Below are positions 54,688 through 64,000 of a stretch of 64,000 nucleotides of DNA, piece after piece (position 1 is the first letter of the stretch; each line of letters opens with the position of its first letter). Both the position numbers and the translations under genes were made by a program. The notes beneath the pieces are model-generated. The model saw only the letters and a program-made list of their open reading frames with translations. It was not told the origin of the DNA and did not search any database. Where the stretch lies: assembly GCA_048013815.1 (NCBI GenBank), contig CM106586.1, positions 10,540,001 through 10,604,000 on the forward strand. The letters are read 5' to 3'. Origin of the DNA: Setoptus koraiensis. Its lineage: Eukaryota > Animalia > Arthropoda.

Positions 54688-57600
54688 ATGAACGAATCTC
54701 ATAAATGGCTGCGGAAAAATACTCCCAATTCAGCCAGCAACAATGGTTACAATCCCGATTGGGCAACCATGGCCAGGCAATGGGTTGAACTTCGAGGACA
54801 ACAGCCAGGTTCAGCGGAATCACCAGGCCATCAAAAGCCGACCGATAATCAAGGTGCAATCAATGTTGATGGAGCTGTTCAATATCACACTGGTACCCTG
54901 CCGGTATCTAACACCGTTGCAAATAGTCTCATTCCATCATATCCATCACAATATGATCCTTATATCCACCAACAAGTCATGCATCAGCAGCTAATAGCCG
55001 CTGCTAATTGGGCCTCCTCGAATCAATTTATTTATCCTCCGATGGCACAATATATGATACCTGATAGTAGTCATTTGAGTCAATTTCTTCCCCAGCCTAC
55101 AACAACATGTAGTCAAGTCACATCCCAGTATGATTCTAGAGGGTTTACATCAAACGGATTCCCTTTTACCCAAGATACCGTGAGGCCGACTTCAGAGAAA
55201 AGTGCCGCTGTGGTCCCTCCAATCGTTTGCGACCAACCGATCACCAGTACCTCCGTTGAATCCTATAACAAGAGTCAGGCACAAATAGTAACCAATCCTG
55301 ATTGTGGTAATAAAGAAGATCTAGATAAGTCAAACATGGATTCAGGAAAAATTGAAGTCATCCCTGAGAAGTGCGAAAGATCGTCCACAGAATCCAACCT
55401 CAATTCAGGATCTTTGCAGTGTGCAGCGTCAGCCACAAAGACTCCAGAAAACAGTCAAGTCGAAAAACGTCCTTTAGAACCGTACAGGAAGCAACATATA
55501 CCTGCCATGACTATCAATAGGTCATCTACCTCACAAGCAAACACTAAACCAGTTTCGAAAATACCTCAATGGATCAAAGAGGGTATAGAGAGGATTGAAA
55601 GAGAAAAAGCAAAAAAGCTGGAGAGGGAGCGCTTGGAGGCATTGGAAAAAGAACTGGACGATGGGTCCCCAATACATGAATCGCCGGAAGCATACGAATC
55701 GCTTTCACCCAAACATCAGAAATATCAATCACCGAAAGATCGACCAGATGGGCTGACCGACGGGGACGGTGAGAAAACACCATTCGTTCCTAGTAGCGAC
55801 TCAGACAGTGATGACCTCGATGCCTCTATGTCAAGCACTCGAACTTACAAGGTAGAGTATTCATTCACAGACATCTTTTTCACAGTATCCAATAGATTAC
55901 TTACACTTGCCTTTGTATCATTCTGTCTTTTCAGAACATCGAGAAAGAGCCCGCTATGACATTTGTAGAGAAACTCTCAAAACTTTCCGATGAAGAATCC
56001 GACCAAGATGAGGATGATGAGGAAGACCGAGATCAGAGGGTGAGTTTACGCTTGATATCCTGATTGATTCGCGACAAATCGATTAGATTACTAAATCACG
56101 GCTATTCTAATATCGAACATTTTCATTCAGCTTAACGCCATATTGTGCCAGGAGATGACCAAACTGTTATTGGAAGTAACAAATCAAATGATCAAATCAA
56201 CATGTTCTGAGATGTACGAAAAAATGAAGGAGTCAGCCGGTAAGTGGATTTATGCCTTGCTTATCCAAGCTTTTTACTGGTACTCTCATTTCCCGTTTTT
56301 CAATATAGGCACACTATGTTCTAGTTGTGATCTTAATTACTGCGATGTTTCGTGATCAAGATCATAAGTATTCGATATAAAATATACAAGATATAGCCCG
56401 GATTAGCTATACTGGATAAACTTTTCTCAAATACAATATAGAAAAAAAAAACAAACAGCATGTCATGAATATATTACTATTCAATAGAATTATATTTATC
56501 ATCCATTGGGATGAAGTCACATTCGAAGTGAAGTTCTTATGTTCTCGTCCAATTGTAGTAGCAATTGAAAAAAACTAAAGACGATCTTTTTCCTATTTCA
56601 CGTTATCCAACTTCACGTTATTCAATTGACATGTAGTATTTGAGACCAGCGCGAAAAAAGAAGGGCTTAATGTTGGCACTTGTCGAAACGCTTCACAGAA
56701 CGAAAAACCGAATGAGATTCAACAACGAAAACCAAACCCTCTTGGTAGGTACAATATAATGATGTGATATCTATCGTTGAGCGAAATAATTTTATTTCTA
56801 CTCTCACGTTAGTTATATCCAGTATAATAATATCAGTCCCATATCTAGTCGACATATCTTGTCGAATCTCTGATAAGCGTGGTGACAAATCTACAATCAA
56901 AGGTTTTAGTGGTAGTTATGTGTATAGTAATGACACAATCCTAATATAGTGCACGGGCACCACTTAAAAAAAACACAGTTACCACTTCTATCATCTAGAT
57001 GGCTACTAAACAGAAACTTTCCCTTTCTATCTAGGTCATCTTGTCGGCTACGAGTATAGTAGCTCTGATGATGAAGATGACAATGCAAGTGCCAGAGTCG
57101 AGCCTACTAGACAAGAGAAGCCAAATCAAAATGTTAAGGACACAATCGATCATCGGTCATCTTTAGATGATCCGATTACCCAAGGATCCGATCGAATTTC
57201 AAGTAAGTAGTCACGACTCACCACGATGCGAAACTCCCGAGCTCATGGCAATCTCCAATTTATTATCGAAATCTTTGTCTTACTCTCTGTATTCAGGTTC
57301 CCAAATTGCAAATTCTGATCAAAGTAGGCTAGACTGTGCATCAGAAACGTCACAAGCAAGTAAAGAGGGTTGTAAGCTGTTTGAGGGTAGAGACAGAAAG
57401 AGAGGCCGCAACCGAAGCCGCGACAGGAGTCGTGACATAAGTCGTGACAGAGGTCGCGGTGGAAGTCGCGGCAGAATCAGCAGAAGAAGTCGCAGTAAAA
57501 GTGTTAGTAGAAATCGTCGCCGTGACGACAAGAGACAGCGTCGCCCATACGGCGAAAAATCTAAGAATTCAACAAGTCGAGACCGCTCAAGAAACCGAAA

Positions 57601-57829
57601 TCGTTCGAGGAGCCGCGATCGCTCGAGAGGCCGCGATCGCTCGAGAGGCCGCGATCGCTCGAGAGGCCGCGATCGCTCGAGAAGCCGAGATCGCTCGCAA
57701 ACTCGAGGATATAGGAGGCAACACCAACGAAGAGGCGGTAAGAGCAGTCAGGACACCAAAAGTCATCACTCGAGTAGTCATTCTAGGCGACACAGTAGAG
57801 ATATCAAACGAAATCGCGACGGATCATAA
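54688..57829 (+). CDS. PNISR: PNN-interacting Ser/Arg-rich protein; exons 54688-55851, 55935-56039, 56131-56239, 57035-57202 and 57297-57829, about 692 aa
   Basis: DWATMARQWV, IPQWIKEGIERIEREKAKK, MTKLLLEVTN, LVGYEYSSSDDED and a C-terminal RS domain. Splice phases are consistent (2079 nt). Confidence 0.83.
57612..57698. repeat. Coding minisatellite, 18-nt unit GCCGCGATCGCTCGAGAG x~5 (encodes GRDRSR)
   Basis: Read directly in the RS-domain exon. Confidence 0.9.
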
Positions 57830-58026
57830 TTAAGTTTATCGCGCCAAATAATTAATTAGCATACATGTTATGAATTACTCGTTAGCGTTGATAGGCGCGG
57901 CGAAAATAAATAAAATTGCAGTAAAAAAATGACAAGTTTCAGGTTGATACTGGAGTTGGTTGCCTACATCACTTGCCCATGATGATGGCGAAACAATTAT
58001 GAGAGCGTAGGTATAATATAATCATA

Positions 58027-60598
58027 TCAAAGAAGCAGTGAGCTCAAGATGTACATGACGAGGGCGGATGCTGCCGCCGCAAAAGGAACCGTTATAATCC
58101 AGGCCAGCACGATATTTCTGAACAAACTCCAGTCGATCGATTCGGATTTTTGTGTTGGTTCACCGCTTTGCTTCGAGCCCTCTATTTGTTTCGTTTTGTC
58201 GTATTTACTAGCATCCAGAGATTTTGTTTTGTCTTGCTGGCAAAATCTCGATGCAACTAGCCCGACAATAACAACGGAGCCCACTTTACAATGCGTTGTG
58301 CTTATTGGGAGACCTAATTTTGTTGCGCCTAACACTGCTGTTGCAGCGCCCAATTCCACGGCAAATCCCTTAGTTGGCGTAAGTTGCGTGAGACCACTTC
58401 CGATAGTTGTCATAACGGAACGTCCCCAGGCCCACAGGCCAGTGCAAATGCCTATGCCTCCCAACAGCAGAAGCCAAATGGGTGTCTCTATTGTGAGATC
58501 CTCCTTGCCATTGATAAATATAAACCAGATCGGTATTAGTGGGGCCACTGCGTTGCTCACGTCGTTTGTTCCGTGGGCAAAGCTTGCGAAACAGGCTGTC
58601 ATTATTTGCAACGATGCAAACAATCTGTATATTTCATATTTTTCACCTTGTTGTATCAATTGACCGTCATCGTTGCGCTTGAGATCGCTCGATGATTTGT
58701 TGTATGGTAGTGCAGGCAATCTCAGCTCCGGCGAGTCTAAATCAACCACCAGACAATCTCGGGATCCTAGCATTTGCATGTCGCGGCTCACTCTCTCCAA
58801 TGTGCTATCATAAGGCGGTTGCGATTTTTTTACATCGGACGGTGACTTTTGTGAGGATGGTCCAGATGCAACGGTTGCCGATGAGCCGGAAGTTGATGAG
58901 GATGACGTCGAGGTGTGGCTGAGCCTCTGATCAATGTGCACCTTGGTCACCTGTTCTGGCGTCGACTCAATAAATGTTGTTGTGAGTAAACGGGCCGGTT
59001 TTGGTGCTATCACGGGCCTCTCTCTAGGTGATCTCTGATTGGTTGGGTCATCGGCTTGTGAGATGGTGCCCACATCAATATCTTTGGGTACCGTTGAGGG
59101 TTTGTTTTTTCTATTTGTGTCTATGGCAACAAATTCGCCTATTGGCTTGAGTGCTCCCGATGGCGCATCTGACTCAAAGCTGGCATTATCGAAAACTTGA
59201 ACAGCGCCAATAGGTTTGCGAGCCGGCTTCTTGACTGGTATAGCTTTAAACATTTTACTTTTCACTGGTAATATTTACGATAATATTCAAATGTTTCAAA
59301 CATTTCAAATACATAACAGCAAAACAAGTAGTGCGATAAAAAAAAGACTGGTGTTAACGGGTGGCTGAGGAAACGAAAATTAAATCAATGATGCGCTCAA
59401 TATTTACATTCTACTTCCTTGGTTATGTTTTTTCGCAAATGCGGCACCAAAAGAAACGCAGTCAGACCAATGACAGCACCAGCAACCAGTAACGATATCA
59501 AGAGGCCATAATACCAAGGCAACTCGTCCAAATAAAGAGCTAAACAAGAAAGGATGCAGCATGTAATGTTAGAGCAAAATCGCCCCATAGAGAAACAGTT
59601 ACCTGTTGGTTTGTGAGGCTAAACGATTGAGGAATACTCACATTTTGGTCCACCCATCACAACTGAGGCAACATTAATAAATATGGTGGCTCCATAAAAC
59701 AATGGCAGTGCTTTTAATCCAGGCTCCAATGCATCAGACTAATGTGGATGGAAATGGTGAAACGTTTCAGCATTGATTGATATCATCGATTATGTTTGGA
59801 TAATCGAGTCGAGATTGACTCGGGCTACTAACTTACTTGACTGATTATAATTTTGGATATTAGCAAATATATGAGGGCTGAAACCAGGCCAGAAAGTAAG
59901 GGTGACGCAAACCATGAGACCACTGGGTGCACGACAGTGAACAACAAAACAGATTATTAATGGCTGATGCACAAACGATGATTTACGAAATTTCATCAAT
60001 TAGGAAAAGAAAAAATTTTGCCAGATGTTTACCTATTCGGAGCATGGCCATCCATTTAATAGAGGAAAAACCTCGCGAGACTACAGCAAATCCAATTGTG
60101 GCCCCAACAACACTGTGTGTGCCGGATATAGGCATTTTGAACATGGTGGCCAGGATGTTCCATAGTGAGGAACCTTGAATGGTGACAAAAAAAAACATTT
60201 CCAGCCATTTATTATACAGCGATTTATGTTCGAATTAGAAAGTCAGTAATCGATTGCTGTTCGATGTATATTACCACTGACGATACTATACCTATGAGAC
60301 AAGAAAAAAATCCCAGTAGCAGCTCTTTTTCCGCGCCCACATACAATTCATGATCGTACATTTTTTTTCTGAACGTATCACAAACTTCGTGACCCAACAA
60401 CGTGGCTCCCAGAGTTTCAAAGATGGTGGCAAATATACAAGCTTGCGTAACTGTGAGCACCTTGGAGCCCACCGAAGTTCCAAATGAGTTTGAGACATCA
60501 TTTGCGCCCACACTAAATGCTAACAAGAATGCTATTATGAATGCTAATATTACAATCCAGAAAATGTCTGGAGCAAATGGTTCCAGAGAGGCCAACAT
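58027..60598 (-). CDS. SLC20A1: Sodium-dependent phosphate transporter (PiT/SLC20); exons 60598-60292, 60173-60033, 59922-59837, 59738-59642, 59539-59408 and 59264-58027, about 666 aa
   Basis: GANDVSNSFGTSVGS, PISGTHSVVGA, HGTNDVSNAV and GLPISTTHCKVGSV. All six exon phases are consistent (2001 nt). Confidence 0.92.
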
Positions 60599-62673
60599 TG
60601 TGATAAGTTGTTGTTTGACGTTGTACGTTTGTTAAATTTGCGTGCTCGCGATTGATATTTGATTCAGTTGAATTCAATACAAACAACTGAACAGCGACAT
60701 TAATGTATAAGAAAAATGGCAACGTGTTGAGTATGATAATCTTGCGTCTGACACCTTCACTATGTAACAGCGGGTGACTGTTGGGTGTCTCAGGTGGTGT
60801 GCAATTGTGAAAACTCCATTTATTACAGTCTTGTGAACAATTGTTTCTGGCGATTAATTTGACAATGCAACAACTTGGTAATTTGACAATGGTCAAAACA
60901 ATTGTCTTTCTATTGTCGACTAATGGAATATATTTGCGATTCGCAGGAATTGGTTACAAAATTACAAAATTCTTCTGGGTGATTTCTTGGCCAATTCACA
61001 CTGTCGTTGTCAATAGTGGGTCGTGGCGATGAATTATGATTTAGGCAAACACATCTCGTCTCTCTCTCTCTCTCTCTCTCGCTCTCATACAAAACTACAA
61101 ATCTTATGGTGGACGCAAATATAGTCTATAAATATCAACTACAAGAAGATTGTTGTTGATGAATGGTGCCATCGATGAATTGTATCTAACCTTGAACATG
61201 CGATCAGAAAAAAAAGGAAAGAGGTCCCCCATTCACAGTAGCGACTGTCACAAACTTAAGTGCACCTTATATTAGCGTACGTTTGTGCTCGCAACATACA
61301 TCATGATAGCCAAATGAAGACACACGACAAACAGTAAACTCGTTGAATCAATTTGATGATTTATTAGAGACAGATGATGGTAAACATGCCGGAAAGTTGT
61401 AGCTAATCTAATCTAGCAACAACAGCAAAACAAAACAGTAGCTTAATAATCATCATAAAGAACAACAATAGACAGACGGCAAAGCCACCATAATAATCTA
61501 TATATCTACTGTTTGACATGTGATAAGTAAATGAATGCAGCGTAACAATGTTGTGAAATGCAATCATTCATGCCCAGCACCCTTTTTTGTTAATGGTAGC
61601 TAGATGTTATCTGATATTGGTGAGGCGAAGGGTACTCTACTTACTATTGGTGTCGTCTTGTGTTTGCCTTCGGTATGATTGTTGTAGCAGCCGCAGCATA
61701 CAAGATACGTATAGATAAAAATTGAAAATGATGATACAATCAATAGATCTTGAAAAGCAGACCAACTCTCGACTTGTAGCTCTTTGGGCTTGTTTCATTC
61801 AACACTACAACAAATTATGATAATTATTTCGAGCACCACTAATCTGTTGTTCGTGTCGATGCCTCTCAACCACCAGCCGAGCAGCTAATCAGTGATTATT
61901 AATCACCAAGCTATCGTTCAGCCGAGCAGCCTTGGCTAAATGAGACCAAGTGCCGAAAGATATATTTCAACTCTCCGAGATGCGCCATCAAGATTTATTT
62001 ATCCATTTATTGAATTTATTCGTCACGATGCACGACAACATTGTTTGCCAGTGACATCAAACCGAAAGACCGCGCTCGCGCCAGGTATCGCAAATCTCTC
62101 TGTTTGTCTCAATATATAATATAACTTTCATATATTTATACATATTATTTTGTATATGTATATATAATTTTGTCACGTCTTCGTGGATTCATTAGATTGA
62201 TCTAACAACCTCTAAATCTGCAGACACTAATTACATATTTGTGCAAGGTCGCGCTGCGATTCATATCATCACGATAACAGCTCTCGACTCGACGGCAGCA
62301 ACAATGACAATCGCTGACTGATCCACTTGTTCCCATTCGGTGAGCGATGCGCGATTGATACGGTCACTCGTCGTCGCTAGCCAATATTTACTACTAGTAG
62401 TACAGCTCATTCCGTGTCTTCATCGTATCTATTATGTACTAATTATTGTGTATTAATTAATGCTAGCTAGGTGAGTATTTCGAATGAGTATTCGGGGGCT
62501 ATTCGAGGATGAACAATGAGTCGTCCGAGCGTCCTCTTTATTTACATTGTACTGCATATGTACTTTGTTTGCACCGAGTGTAATGGCACGGAAGGCTCAC
62601 CGGCCAGGTATTTGCACGGATTAAACGGGATGATATAAAGCATGCTGTTGATGTTGTAAATAACCTTATGGCT

Positions 62674-62726
62674 CCCTTTAGCCCTATGCCATGAGTCATG
62701 GTGGCATGGCATAGAGCTTGAAAGGG
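62674..62726. ncRNA. Pre-miRNA-like hairpin
   Basis: CCCTTT-AGCCCTATGCCATG / CATGGCATAGAGCT-TG-AAAGGG: about 19 bp paired around an 11-nt loop. No known miRNA recognised. Confidence 0.3.
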
Positions 62727-64000
62727 CTGTTTCTATTGCTGTGAGAGTGCATGTCGCAATCGTTGACTTGTTGCGTAATTGATTGAGACTGTGCTGTTGT
62801 TACAATTAAACGGACCAGAAGGGGATAATAATTTCAAGATGAATACAATTTAAGAAACCAGAGAGAGCGAGAGAGAGAGAGAGAGTTTAAAGGTCGCGTG
62901 AGTTTAACAAAGAGGGCAAACATTGATGGCCAGATAGTACAACAGATAGTACAACAGAGACCAGAGAGAGAGAGAGCGACACTCGAGAAGAGAAACTTGA
63001 CGCGCCAATAGCGAGACACCAGCCCGAAATGTCAGCGTGTGTCTTGCTGCACCGGAAGTGCAGCAACTCCACTCACTGTGCTCTTGAGAGTGTGTTACGT
63101 TAGACGTTGGTGATCGTGATTTTTTCTTTTCTTTTTTCTCGCTCTCTCTCTCTCTCTAACTTTACCAACGGTATCTGTCTACTTTGGTCGACACCATGAA
63201 CTATCCAATTCTATTCTTCCTGACAACCATAACTGGATCTATCCTCTAGCCACCTGTCCAAGATTAGATAATCAAACATTGGACAATGCGCAAGCCGGCG
63301 TTGATTTCGTTCCGTTTGCCAATCATGGCACCACTAGCAGCAGCAACGAGCGGCAACAACGAGCGGCAGCAACGAGCGGCAACAACGAGCGACAACAACA
63401 AGCGACAACATGTACAACAGACACCTGTTGTTGGCTTGTTGATGGCTTGTTGTTGGCTGTTGTTGGCTGTTGTTGGCAAGCTTGCGAAGCGAGCCCGAGT
63501 GAGCGAACAACACCAATAATTATGGCCAATGTTATAATTATCTGTTGTGTTGCTGTCATCTCGTCTCATTGTGCCGAGTGGGTGTGTGATATTGTGACGA
63601 GAGCAGACGATTGACGGACCAGCGAAAGTCAATTTGTATCATAAGTGAGCGCCATTTTCAATGGGGCGACTCTCTACTTTTCGCATGCTTATCGGCCCAT
63701 GTTGTGTGTGTGTGTGTGTGTGTCACGGCGAGCGCGATTGACCACGAAGAAGCCGCCTGACAATGAAAGATAAATACGCTGGCTAGCACTGGCAAGTCAC
63801 CTAATACCAATATGATGTCATAATCATACGCAATAGGCAATAATAATCGCGATAGTCGGCGCGCTCGTCGCAATCGCGTCATAATGGTCGTCGTGGTCGT
63901 GTCGGACTAAATGGCGGAATAAGCTCGCCGAGCGCCAAGTTTTGCACAACAGCCAGCCAGGCAGCTTTCAGATATGTACACACAAACACAACAACAACGA

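Noticed and set aside
57444-57833. 129-aa alternative-frame ORF with AAIARE repeats
   Set aside because: Frame shadow of the 18-nt RS-domain minisatellite.
58049-58663. 204-aa plus-strand ORF
   Set aside because: Antisense shadow of the SLC20 transmembrane-coding region.
1-64000. CRISPR arrays, rRNA, tRNA, transposase or reverse-transcriptase ORFs
   Set aside because: None seen. The periodic repeats have no unique spacers and the sequence is eukaryotic.

Overview
Eukaryotic, arthropod-type DNA: the U2 snRNA 5' end is Drosophila-like and there is an allatostatin-C precursor. Genes are tightly packed and intron-poor, with most introns about 80-140 nt and many CAA/GTT microsatellites. This suggests a miniaturised mite genome such as an eriophyoid, but that is inference, not proven. 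Three repeat-rich regulatory regions lie at about 1-9.3 kb (long intron of an ARID3/retained-like gene), 39-47 kb (Arrowhead/Lhx6-8 locus) and 60.6-64 kb. Housekeeping clusters between them contain Rtf1, U2 snRNA, ClC-7, a helicase-only senataxin, Rpp20, AstC, ELMOD, PREB/Sec12, SIN1, SAE1, GALK2, PGM2, PIG-K, a 57-aa CCDC53-like microprotein, TRAPPC4, Pelle, PNISR and SLC20. The most interesting unexplained items are: (1) a structured, oligo-T-terminated ~130-nt RNA candidate convergent with U2, with a telomerase-like layout and an AAACCCCAAAC template-like motif; (2) an ~820-bp inverted duplication of an orphan secreted-protein gene nested in Arrowhead intron 1; (3) a second TATA/oligo-T ncRNA candidate at 21.3-21.4 kb; (4) a deletion-eroded PIG-K copy that forms the GALK2 3' flank; (5) a 41-42-bp module shared by two divergent promoters; and (6) several domain-trimmed conserved proteins. 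No CRISPR array, tRNA, rRNA or transposase was found. All alignments, counts and folds were done by eye.
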